Assembly: GCA_964556565.1 (NCBI GenBank)
Contig: CAZKWF010000001.1
Span: forward strand, 33,035 to 97,034
Length of the DNA: 64,000 bases
DNA from: an uncultured Candidatus Bathyarchaeia archaeon
GTDB lineage: Archaea > Thermoproteota > Bathyarchaeia > Bathyarchaeales > Bathyarchaeaceae
Reading direction: 5' to 3'
A program made the translations under genes and the position numbers. Positions 47,272 to 56,198 of the stretch are shown here, in pieces. The notes under the pieces were generated by a model. It was not told the origin of the DNA. It saw nothing but the letters and a program-made list of their open reading frames with translations, and did not search any database. Every line of letters begins with the position of its first letter. The first letter of the stretch is position 1.

Positions 47272-48312
47272 ATGAGTTCAAAATTAGGCTTCTCAGAGTG
47301 GCCTTTCCGTACAATCCCAGACGAGGAATTCGTCAAGATATGGTGCGGTCGTAAAGAACTCTACGAAAGATTAGATAGGATATTCAACGGTATTGTCCGA
47401 AGACCGATGTTCCAGATTCATTTGGTGTACGGAGATTTTGGAACAGGGAAAACACACAGTATCAAGCATATGATAACCAAGTACCGTGAAAAGGTTAAGC
47501 TCTTGACGTCAGAGTTAGAATACGATATCACAATTAGGACGTTCACACAGTTATATCAGGCTCTGGTGAGTCGGTTAGACTTCAAAACAATTATAAAGTG
47601 GCCTAATCCCCCAGAAAAGAATTTCTGGCATGATTTTAGGTCTTTTGTTGGAGCAATCAAATCAAAGGACGAAGAAGAAAAAACAATAGCCACGAGATGG
47701 TTTACAGGTGAAGAAAAAAGCAAGAAAGCTCTAAGCAGAATCGGTATCAGAAGCCCTGTAGACAGCGTTGACACAACTATACGTGCATTTTCGCAACTCA
47801 CCAAACTGGCTGGGAGAAACAGATCTGCAGTTGTGTTGTTTATAGACGAGTTCCAACATATTGGCAAGCTCAACAGGAATTGGAAGGAGAGCATCCTGAA
47901 TGGATTAACCAAACTGGTGAACTCAAGCCCAAAGCATTTTTGTCTAATAATCTCGTTCAGACTTAGAATGCCGATGAAAATCCTTTCAATTATCCCGGAG
48001 AGCATGAAAACTAGATTCTCAGGGGATCCATTCATAGAGGTTACAAACTTTTCCAGAGATGAAGCGGAAGAATTCATGAAATGCCTTTTTAGGAAATTTC
48101 GCACTCGTAAATCTGAAGATCCATATCTTCCCTTCACACCCGAAGCTTTTGAAGCAATATTTGCGTTTCTAAAGAAGAGGAATGTAGAGTACAATCCCAG
48201 ATCTTTAATGAAGGTATTCGGATATGTAAGTGAGCGCTTTGAGGATTCCTCCCAAAACCCACCAATTTCTGAAGATTTCACAAAGGTATCATTGTGGTCT
48301 TATCAGGCATAA
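47272..48312 (+). CDS. ORC/Cdc6-like P-loop ATPase (paralog of 52274-53437)
   Basis: 346 aa. CGRKELYERL..., Walker A VYGDFGTGKTHS and Walker B VVLFIDEFQH. Its stop lies 1 nt from the convergent 48314-49351 stop. Confidence 0.7.
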   Translation: MSSKLGFSEWPFRTIPDEEFVKIWCGRKELYERLDRIFNGIVRRPMFQIHLVYGDFGTGKTHSIKHMITKYREKVKLLTSELEYDITIRTFTQLYQALVSRLDFKTIIKWPNPPEKNFWHDFRSFVGAIKSKDEEEKTIATRWFTGEEKSKKALSRIGIRSPVDSVDTTIRAFSQLTKLAGRNRSAVVLFIDEFQHIGKLNRNWKESILNGLTKLVNSSPKHFCLIISFRLRMPMKILSIIPESMKTRFSGDPFIEVTNFSRDEAEEFMKCLFRKFRTRKSEDPYLPFTPEAFEAIFAFLKKRNVEYNPRSLMKVFGYVSERFEDSSQNPPISEDFTKVSLWSYQA

Positions 48313-48313
48313 G

Positions 48314-49351
48314 TCATTCCGGTAAATTGTGTGGATACGTGTATAAACCATCGATTATGGGTGAAAACGCTTCTTTGTCGAAGACAAGATTTGTCGAAGT
48401 AGTATGAACCTCAATCCGACCTCTTAGCCTAGAAAAAATTTCTGGGCCTTCGGGGACTTCTGAAAGATCTCTCCAAATAGGATTCTTCGTTGGAACTTCC
48501 TTTTCAACTGCTGCTATTGATTCCACGAATTTCGGAGCATGACTTGTTATGCAGGAAGTTTCAACTATCCGAGAATTGTAAAGAATTAACACGTTTTGTA
48601 GAAATCGTTTCTGAACTGAGTTATCTTTCGAGAACATGAGGACGGGATCACCACGATAGAGAGGTTGGTTTATGTAGGCGTCTAACATGCCACTAATGAA
48701 GTTTTTCAGTTGTTTTGAATTCAGCTGCATACACACTCTTTCAAGCCGAGCAGCACATATTATTCTATGAAGTTCTGCCAACGCATTTCCCTTGAGTATA
48801 ATCCACAAATGTCCAAGCTTTCCTTTTTTTATTTTCACCACAATCTTCCTGTTTATACTATCTGCTAAACTCGTGATGCAATGTTCGACGAATTTTACAT
48901 ATTTAGGATCGGTCGCATTACGGACCAGCGAGACAATACATTTGTTGTTACTACTTACAATATCGGTAGCCAACCCGCTTCCATACACCGCATCGGATTG
49001 CCAATCCATGATTTCTCCTTTCACTCCTGGTACGAACTCAGGGGATTTAGGGGGATTGTAAAATTCAATAGCGCTGACCGAACATAGATCCTTTGTCTTG
49101 AAAGGCCTCTCTGAAAAAACAACAGTTTCAGGTACCAGAACACTATCTGTAGTTTGTGTGATCAGCCTAGTGCCACAGGATTTCTCTTCATTGCGTAATC
49201 CGACTTTCCGGTATTTTGTGTGCTTACCTATTCCTTCGACACCTAAGACCTTCGCATCTCTTGGAAGTTGGTTCAGAGAAATGACTCCACATCTGGTGAA
49301 AACAAAGCTATCCTTCGAAACTACTACGCCATAGCTCATTTCATATCCCAA
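48314..49351 (-). CDS. Free-standing intein-like protein (degenerate Hint + LAGLIDADG domains)
   Basis: 345 aa. Block-A-like VVSKDSFVFTRCGVISLNQL, LAGLIDADG-like YGSGLATDI and FISGMLDAYI, and terminal IEVHTTSTNLVF...IDGLYTYPHN followed by only 3 residues. The nucleophile and the TxxH His are absent. Confidence 0.55.
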   Translation of the reverse strand: MGYEMSYGVVVSKDSFVFTRCGVISLNQLPRDAKVLGVEGIGKHTKYRKVGLRNEEKSCGTRLITQTTDSVLVPETVVFSERPFKTKDLCSVSAIEFYNPPKSPEFVPGVKGEIMDWQSDAVYGSGLATDIVSSNNKCIVSLVRNATDPKYVKFVEHCITSLADSINRKIVVKIKKGKLGHLWIILKGNALAELHRIICAARLERVCMQLNSKQLKNFISGMLDAYINQPLYRGDPVLMFSKDNSVQKRFLQNVLILYNSRIVETSCITSHAPKFVESIAAVEKEVPTKNPIWRDLSEVPEGPEIFSRLRGRIEVHTTSTNLVFDKEAFSPIIDGLYTYPHNLPE

Positions 49352-49776
49352 GGTATAAAGAAAGTTGGTGAATCTAGGGTACCCTGATAGTCCACTATAC
49401 CTTCTAAAAGAAGATGTGTAAACAAGGTCCTCACTATTAACGATGAATATCCAGTGAGTCGCGAAGCATCTGTGACAGACAACTTCTTTTTCTTGTACAG
49501 CATTTTCATTAACGGTGATAGAATGCTACTTAGATTGTTCTCCTTTGTCGCAAGCGTAAAAAAGGAGTAAGGTCTCTCTTTTTTGCTCAATGCAATATGC
49601 TCGTAGATTTTTCGTTCGATCACCAATTTCTTTATGATTTCATTTACTTCATTTCTTGATGTATCACTTGCTACATTTTGGATAATATGAATCAAATGTG
49701 GTTTGTTCACGATCAATCTTGATCCTATCTGCTCAAAAACGTGTTCCACGATTTTCTTGTAACTGTTGATTGTCAA
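49336..49776 (-). CDS. Small protein with two wHTH-like halves
   Basis: 146 aa. 16-nt overlap with the downstream Hint-like gene. Confidence 0.45.
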   Translation of the reverse strand: MTINSYKKIVEHVFEQIGSRLIVNKPHLIHIIQNVASDTSRNEVNEIIKKLVIERKIYEHIALSKKERPYSFFTLATKENNLSSILSPLMKMLYKKKKLSVTDASRLTGYSSLIVRTLFTHLLLEGIVDYQGTLDSPTFFIPWDMK

Positions 49777-49787
49777 AGTAGTTCAAC

Positions 49788-50831
49788 CTAAAGTTTGATT
49801 CTGAGAAACCTTTTTTCGCCGTATCTGTCTGGAAGTATCTGATACCTATGCCTATCGTTTGTTTGCGCCTCATTTATCATTTCCCTAGCTTCAGATTCCT
49901 TCAGTCTATAACCTTGTAAGCCTTTTTGAATCACCAGTATATTAATCAAAGTGTTTATGTCGCAAACATTGAAAGCTGGGTCACGCAATTTTTCGTACAG
50001 GTTCTCTACATGTTCAATCGTTTCTTGACCTGAAACTATCTTGGTTCCTGGGTATCCACAGTTTCTAAGAAGAGTGTGCAATAGATCCTCCTGCGCTCGT
50101 GAAACAACTGTCTTGTAATTTGGTAAGAATCTAATGATTTCACAGTATGGCCTTACAACGTTTTTCTCTAAGAAGGAAATTCTATTGTTGCTGGGTCCCT
50201 CTCTATTTACAAGGTTCAAGTCTTCCATGATGCCAAGCGAAGGCTTTATCTTTGGATATAACGCCTTGGCGGTTTTTCCTCGTCTAACCGCTTTTCTATA
50301 CAACTTTAGATATCTCCTTCGAATGTCTAGACTATGAACAGACTCGACAGCAATCTTGAGTGCGTGGACGTAGACGGAGAAAGCATGATCAACCAATTCG
50401 TTTTTTGGCAGCATTTTTCTCGCCTTATACCAGCGGTAATCGTCACGGATTTCCCCAAATCTCTCAAGGTGATCGTGAAGCGATTTCACCATAGCATAAT
50501 TCTCCAATAGAAAACATCTCAAAAAAAAGATCTTGAATTCAACGGGAAGCTCTATCGGAATTTCCTCTACTGGTGTGAAAAATTCCAGAGTTCTACCCCA
50601 TGGAGTCAATTTGTTGTTCCTGAAAATCACTTCCAGTTCTTTTGCTATCGTTATTGTGTATTGTATAGACCTTTTATTCTGTTTATATCCTTCTTCAATC
50701 CCATGGATTTTCCTGAAGGAACTCAATGCCTCTCCAAACTTTCGAGCAATCATCATATCAGAACTTGGCTCTCTTGTCTTGACGCATCCCTTGAGAAGCA
50801 GTGCAAAATAGACAATCTTGTCAACTTGCAT
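49788..50831 (-). CDS. Alpha-helical hypothetical protein of the island operon
   Basis: 347 aa with no recognisable motif. Gaps of 11 and 23 nt to the neighbouring genes. Confidence 0.5.
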   Translation of the reverse strand: MQVDKIVYFALLLKGCVKTREPSSDMMIARKFGEALSSFRKIHGIEEGYKQNKRSIQYTITIAKELEVIFRNNKLTPWGRTLEFFTPVEEIPIELPVEFKIFFLRCFLLENYAMVKSLHDHLERFGEIRDDYRWYKARKMLPKNELVDHAFSVYVHALKIAVESVHSLDIRRRYLKLYRKAVRRGKTAKALYPKIKPSLGIMEDLNLVNREGPSNNRISFLEKNVVRPYCEIIRFLPNYKTVVSRAQEDLLHTLLRNCGYPGTKIVSGQETIEHVENLYEKLRDPAFNVCDINTLINILVIQKGLQGYRLKESEAREMINEAQTNDRHRYQILPDRYGEKRFLRIKL

Positions 50832-50854
50832 ATGTGTATTAATAAGAAGAGGCT

Positions 50855-52267
50855 TCAGTACTCTTTTCCACCATGAACGCTTACACGGGGTCTTATTTTG
50901 ATTGTGAATAGTCTGTTGACCGTCTCAGAGGAGATTATGCAGTACCCAAGTTTTAGGTCTCTACCTACCTCTTTAAAGAGATTTCTTTGTATTTCTCTCG
51001 AACCTATCTTTGCTCTTTCGAAATCTGATGTATTTCTCATGTTATATGCAGTCAAGATGTCTTGATCTCTTGATAGGCTATGGATAATTCCGATGTCTAG
51101 ATTCGCCTGAATTGAGGCATCGAGAGCTGAAGGCGATTGTGTGGCGAAAGCAGCAGATAACCCTATGTTCCGACCCTCTTTAACATATTTTAAAAGAGGC
51201 CCTTTTGAAGGCGGACTTCTTGTGGCAGGTATGTAGTTATGTGCTTCATCCATCAGGATCCAACCTCTTGGCGTCCACTCTTTTTTTAGTAAGAGTTGAA
51301 GTTTCTTAATTTCCCCTTTGTAATCAGATGAAGATGACTTGGTTAATAATTCCAATCTCTTCTCACATTCGTCCGTTATACCTCGGGCTTGGAAGATTTT
51401 TCGAGTTAGGACACCAACCACAGTCGTTCTCAACTCTTGTTCTAGATCCCGTAGCAACAAAACTGAGATTTTTCCATCCTTGAATATTTCCCGCACAGGT
51501 ATAGAGAAAGAGCCAAATATTTTTGCCAATTCAAGAGACCGTACTCTTCTAAATGCCGCATCCAAAGTTTTTTGTTCATATCGGTTCTTGGTTGAAGATG
51601 ATTCAAGCTTCGAATAAATATCAGAAAATGAAATTTCATCTTGCTCTTGCAGTGAAGTAATTAGATCCATGAATAGCTGTCCAAGGGGATCGGCTATCGG
51701 ATCTAATCCAAACATAAAACACCAATCTGCAGGTTCAAGATCTTTTAGGCTCAGCGAAAACTCAGTGAACTCAGGCGGATAATAATCCCTCTTGTATCCG
51801 TATGGAAAATAGAAGTCCGCAGGGACTTTTTCCTCCTTAATTCCCCATCTTTCAAGTTCGTTAATTCTCTCTTTTCCCTCCATGCTGGCTAGGTATTGCA
51901 TGCCCCAAAATACGTTGAGGGAATCAAACACTATAACAGCTTGGTGATCCTTCATCTGATTTATCCACTGCTTGCTAACTAGGCCCTCTGCAAGCACACC
52001 TAATGTATAGCTCTTGCCACTACGTCTTTTTCCCATAACGTAAACTATGTGGGCTCTATCAGTGTCCATCCAGACATCACAAGAATTAGTATCATATTCA
52101 TTGGATTTGCCAAGATATATACAAGATGGCGAATCCTCAGATGAGGAGCCAATGATCATGCCAGTTTTGGATGACCATGGCTTTTGTGGCTTAAGTTTTG
52201 GCAGAAAGCGATACCATTGTTCAAAAAGGATTCGTCTGAATTCAGGAATGTTTTCTGGTTTATCCAT
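50855..52267 (-). CDS. HerA/FtsK-superfamily ATPase (DUF87-like)
   Basis: 470 aa. Walker A MGKRRSGKSYTLG and Walker B WILMDEAHNYIP, plus GRNIGLSAAFATQSPSALD and GIIHSLSRDQD, as in HerA-type ATPases. Confidence 0.75.
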   Translation of the reverse strand: MDKPENIPEFRRILFEQWYRFLPKLKPQKPWSSKTGMIIGSSSEDSPSCIYLGKSNEYDTNSCDVWMDTDRAHIVYVMGKRRSGKSYTLGVLAEGLVSKQWINQMKDHQAVIVFDSLNVFWGMQYLASMEGKERINELERWGIKEEKVPADFYFPYGYKRDYYPPEFTEFSLSLKDLEPADWCFMFGLDPIADPLGQLFMDLITSLQEQDEISFSDIYSKLESSSTKNRYEQKTLDAAFRRVRSLELAKIFGSFSIPVREIFKDGKISVLLLRDLEQELRTTVVGVLTRKIFQARGITDECEKRLELLTKSSSSDYKGEIKKLQLLLKKEWTPRGWILMDEAHNYIPATRSPPSKGPLLKYVKEGRNIGLSAAFATQSPSALDASIQANLDIGIIHSLSRDQDILTAYNMRNTSDFERAKIGSREIQRNLFKEVGRDLKLGYCIISSETVNRLFTIKIRPRVSVHGGKEY

Positions 52268-52273
52268 ATCGAT

Positions 52274-53437
52274 CTACTCAACAAAACGTGAGTAAACATA
52301 TGGGGATTTGTCTAAGGCTGCGTTTCCAACAGCATTTGATAAGGCGTCGATCAATCTTCTCGGAGTTAGCTGAGACTCTTCAGTTATGCCTGCCAAAATT
52401 TGTTCCAAAGCTTCTTCAGAAAATGGATAAGTCGAATCATCGACTTTTTCATTTGGTGGGCTTTTAGCTGTCTTTGCTTTAATGTTGCATTTTGGGTCTC
52501 TCACGTATTGTATAACATCCTTCATAAACCTCATGGCATCAGGTTGTTCTAGTGTTGGGATTTCAATCCTGTTTCTCGGCCCTATTCTACTTATCACAGG
52601 CTCTTCGACAACTGTGGTTTCTGTTTCCCACCCACCAGCCTCAGTCGAGATTGACCAAATTACTGAAATGTACTTATTCGATTTGTCTGCCAATCTTAGA
52701 AATCCAAGGTTTAGTGAATCAAGTGCGTCATTGCTCAGGTCTTCCCAGCGTTCACACTCGTCCAACAGAATAATGATTTTCTTTTTCTCATAGGTCTCAA
52801 ACAATTTACCTATTGTTTCTAGCATCTTCACTAACATCTGTGGGTCAGCTTCTTTCAAATGAGAAGATACGCCTAAGTTGCTCAAATCTGAACTTGAGCT
52901 TGTGCTTCCTATCAGCCAGCGCCACACTAGGTTCTCGTCGGCCAAACTAATGCTCAGAACGCTCGCAAGATCATAATTAACTTCCTCAAGTCTCTTGTGG
53001 ATTGCAGCTGCCAGTTCGTCTCGCTTCCATCCAATTTTTTGCTTTATGAAATCTTGTTGTAGCTTTTGGAATAGCGTCAATATTTTTGGCTTACCTATAT
53101 TTTTGAGGATGTGTGCATACAAATCAAGAAACCTTGCATTTCTCGGGAAATCAGGGGCAGAGACGTACACAATCTCCACACCATATGGCGTTTTAGAAAG
53201 AGCTTGCTTAAGAGCAGTCGTCACCGTGAACAGAGTATGTGTCTTTCCTGCCCCATATGTACCAGTGACAAATCGCTTAGGACATCTAGCGGTTACAAGA
53301 TCAACTCGGATCTTTCTGGTTATTGAATCTACGTCGACTCCACTTCGTGGAACGTAAAAACCTGAATCTTTATCAGCGTATATTTCGAAGTTGTTTCTGC
53401 CTTTTTTAAGAGAGTATAGTTCTTGCACTGTAGACAC
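52274..53437 (-). CDS. ORC/BrxC-like P-loop ATPase
   Basis: 387 aa. Walker A TGTYGAGKTHTL and Walker B KIIILLDECERW. Shares the post-P-loop pattern (..F..LY..) with the 47272-48312 product. Confidence 0.7.
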   Translation of the reverse strand: MSTVQELYSLKKGRNNFEIYADKDSGFYVPRSGVDVDSITRKIRVDLVTARCPKRFVTGTYGAGKTHTLFTVTTALKQALSKTPYGVEIVYVSAPDFPRNARFLDLYAHILKNIGKPKILTLFQKLQQDFIKQKIGWKRDELAAAIHKRLEEVNYDLASVLSISLADENLVWRWLIGSTSSSSDLSNLGVSSHLKEADPQMLVKMLETIGKLFETYEKKKIIILLDECERWEDLSNDALDSLNLGFLRLADKSNKYISVIWSISTEAGGWETETTVVEEPVISRIGPRNRIEIPTLEQPDAMRFMKDVIQYVRDPKCNIKAKTAKSPPNEKVDDSTYPFSEEALEQILAGITEESQLTPRRLIDALSNAVGNAALDKSPYVYSRFVE

Positions 53438-53449
53438 AAAACAACCCTT

Positions 53450-54193
53450 CTAGTTGGAAATCTTAAACCTTTTCCAAGTAATAAGACTTGCTAATCTTGC
53501 TTTGGCTTCTCTAAATAATCTATCATCGTATATACAAAGAGAAAGTTCAGGGTTTCTAGAGAAGGTGAGGTTTTCCGAACCCAATAACAGGACTCGATTT
53601 CTCCAAGAATCTATGCTTTGTTCAAGCAAGTAGACCTTGGCATGTACACTTCCATGTAGACTTATTTTTCTAATACCTTGATTCCAGAGCCATCTAAGAG
53701 AGTTCTCAATACTATTTCTTAGATTAGCAGTTGCCGTCTTTTCCGGAGGTCGAGTTATGATCTGAACTCTATGCACCTTCTCCAAACATCTCTTGAAACG
53801 AGATTGATGTTCCTTTCCTATCACAATCCAAGGTGAACAGATCCAAAAACTCTCCAATTTTGGCAATTTTTCCATAAAAGACATGATGAAGTTACAAGCA
53901 TCATTCACCAAACGAGGTTTGCGGCTTTGCCGATGAAAATTCATTAGCGCCTGTAGAGAGCGTTTTCCAAATAGATATCCAAGATGGTAGAACCATTCCT
54001 TACCCTTATCTGTGAGACATACCATATCCTCTTTCACATCAATGAGAAGGGTACCAGACATCTGCTCAATCTGGTCAAACGATAGATTATATGTCGAAAG
54101 CACGCCCGAGAAATACACTCTAGAAACTGGACCGCGTTGAAGAACTGAGCAGATATTTAAGAGAGCTTCAAGACTTGCTGGTTTTGAACTCAT
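53450..54193 (-). CDS. wHTH + single-HKD phospholipase-D-family nuclease
   Basis: 247 aa. FWICSPWI, then LHGSVHAKVYLLE...LLLGSENLT (HxK...GSxN). The N-terminal ~90 aa are wHTH-like. Confidence 0.75.
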   Translation of the reverse strand: MSSKPASLEALLNICSVLQRGPVSRVYFSGVLSTYNLSFDQIEQMSGTLLIDVKEDMVCLTDKGKEWFYHLGYLFGKRSLQALMNFHRQSRKPRLVNDACNFIMSFMEKLPKLESFWICSPWIVIGKEHQSRFKRCLEKVHRVQIITRPPEKTATANLRNSIENSLRWLWNQGIRKISLHGSVHAKVYLLEQSIDSWRNRVLLLGSENLTFSRNPELSLCIYDDRLFREAKARLASLITWKRFKISN

Positions 54194-54340
54194 GAATTGA
54201 AACCAGCTTATGATTTACAAAAGTAATACTATTTATATTTCTCCGCCCCGCGAATCGAATTTTTAAGAAATAAACATTTCTCGCATGCGTGCATTTTCAA
54301 AGGTTGAGAAAGGCGGAAGAAAGCAATGTAGTTGTTATCT

Positions 54341-54348
54341 TGCATGCA
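54341..54348. repeat. ATGCATGCAT-family palindrome (8-mer core)
   Basis: tgcatgca. A degenerate gcatgcgtgcat lies at 54283-54294. Both sit between the island operon start and the amidohydrolase 3' end. Confidence 0.6.
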
Positions 54349-54471
54349 GAACATAGGGTGTCTGCAAGGAGATTATACGCGAATTGAAAGAGAAGGTTTT
54401 CACCTTTGTATTTGGTTCATATCTTAGACCCTGGTAGAAGCCGTCACACAGGCACACGATCCTTCAAACAA

Positions 54472-56046
54472 TCACTCTGACCTGACATAGACCACGTTTC
54501 CGCCTACAATGGTCATCTCCACTTTAACGTCTCTAATTTCATTAGGCGGGATTTCATGTGGTTCACGAGACAAAACTACGAGGTCCGCCAGTTTACCAAC
54601 ATCAATCAACCCCTTAATATCCTCTTCAAAAGATGCATACGCCGCGTTAACCGTGTAGAGACGTAGAGCATCATCCACACTGATTCGTTCCTCAGGAAAG
54701 GCTTCTCTCGCCACAGCCGCCCAAACGCCTAATAAAGGATCAATAGGCTCAACTGGACAATCTGACCCGCCAGTCGTCAACACACCCTCTTGAACCAGTG
54801 TTCTGAAAGGATAAACCCATCTAGCTCTGGTAGAACCTACACGATTTGCCACCCAGAAATCAGAAACAACAAAATGCGGCTGTACAGATGCTATCACCTT
54901 CAACTTCTTCATATGTTGAATCAGCCTCTCGTTAAGAACAGACGCGTGCTCTATACGGTGACGATGATTCTCCTTCGGCGCTTCCTTTAACGCGTTTTCC
55001 AGTACGGTCAACACCATGTCTATAGCCCGATCACCGATAGCATGTATGGCCAACTGAAAGCCAGCTCTATGTGCCTCCATAACAAGCGTATTCAGCTTCT
55101 CTTGAGTGTACAGCATCATTCCTTTCCTTGTAGGCTCATCTTGATACGGCTGAAATAAAGCTGCAGTACGCGCACCTAGAGAACCGTCTGAAAAGATTTT
55201 CACACTTCCAATTCGTACCCTGTTGTCTCCGAAGCCTGTGTGCATGCCTAAATCGATCAGATGGTCCAAAAGCTTCACTGAAACTATGACATACACTCTT
55301 AGAAGCAGTTTATTCTGTTCACGAAGCTTCTGGATAACGCGTATCTCGGTTGGTGAGCTGATCAGCCAGTGGACGCTGGTCAGTCCCGCTTCTACGGCTT
55401 TCTGGCACGCTAGACTGCACGCTTCTGTGAGTTCTTCCTCGCTGGGCTCCGGCTTCACCTCCCAAACTAGATTCATTGCATTTTCACGTAAGATGCCCGT
55501 CGGTTCGCCTGTTTTCGGATCTTTATCGATCTGTCCAGCGGGTGGAAGCGTGGCTTCTCTTGTAATGTTTGCTAGTTCTAATGCTTGGCTGTTTGCAACG
55601 CAGACGTGTCCGCATACGCGTGTAAGAATTACTGGGTTGTTCGGTGAAAACTTGTCCAAGTCCCATCGAGTAGGGTATCGTCTCTCTGTGAGGCGGTCTT
55701 GGTCCCATCCGCGGCCTAAAATCCATTGTCCTTTGCCTGTCTTTTGTATACGTTTTTTTAGTTTTTTCTGCATTTCTTTGATGGAGTTGACTCCTCTAAG
55801 GTTGATTTGTTTTAGTGATTTTCCGTATCCTGTGACGTGTGCGTGAGTGTCTATGAAGCCGGGAACAACGGTTTTTCCTTTAAGGCTTATTATCTTCGTG
55901 TTTTTTCCAATCCATGGTTTGATTTCTTTGTTTGTGCCCACTTCAATGATTCTGTCATCTTTGACGGCTATGGCTTGAGCGTGGGGCTTAGAAGGGTTCA
56001 TGGTCAAAACGTTTCCGTTGGTTAAAACCAAGTCTGCCCACATCAT
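54472..56046 (-). CDS. Amidohydrolase-3 (YtcJ-like) metal-dependent hydrolase
   Basis: 524 aa. PGFIDTHAHV (HxH), HAIGDRA and a GSDCPVEP tail. Confidence 0.85.
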   Translation of the reverse strand: MMWADLVLTNGNVLTMNPSKPHAQAIAVKDDRIIEVGTNKEIKPWIGKNTKIISLKGKTVVPGFIDTHAHVTGYGKSLKQINLRGVNSIKEMQKKLKKRIQKTGKGQWILGRGWDQDRLTERRYPTRWDLDKFSPNNPVILTRVCGHVCVANSQALELANITREATLPPAGQIDKDPKTGEPTGILRENAMNLVWEVKPEPSEEELTEACSLACQKAVEAGLTSVHWLISSPTEIRVIQKLREQNKLLLRVYVIVSVKLLDHLIDLGMHTGFGDNRVRIGSVKIFSDGSLGARTAALFQPYQDEPTRKGMMLYTQEKLNTLVMEAHRAGFQLAIHAIGDRAIDMVLTVLENALKEAPKENHRHRIEHASVLNERLIQHMKKLKVIASVQPHFVVSDFWVANRVGSTRARWVYPFRTLVQEGVLTTGGSDCPVEPIDPLLGVWAAVAREAFPEERISVDDALRLYTVNAAYASFEEDIKGLIDVGKLADLVVLSREPHEIPPNEIRDVKVEMTIVGGNVVYVRSE

Positions 56047-56198
56047 GAGACCTCCTTTGTAATTCCGATATGTTTTGAGACTATTTGAACAATCTTATCA
56101 ATTAATAAAACTCTTTAGAAATTCTGATAATTACAGATGCTTTTTGTTGGGATGAACAGTTTTCAGAATGTTTGTGGATGATTTTGAGGCTGTGAGTT

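Noticed and set aside
48314-49776. Possibility that 49336-49776 and 48314-49351 together form one host gene carrying a true intein.
   Set aside because: The two ORFs are in different frames with a 16-nt overlap. The intein-like part has no nucleophile at position 1, and only 3 residues follow the terminal HN, so there are no plausible exteins. A sequencing frameshift cannot be fully excluded.
44800-54400. The whole island as an integrated provirus or plasmid.
   Set aside because: No integrase, transposase, capsid or portal-like genes are recognisable, and I found no clear att duplication at the outer borders. This is not excluded; it is kept as the alternative hypothesis in the main finding.
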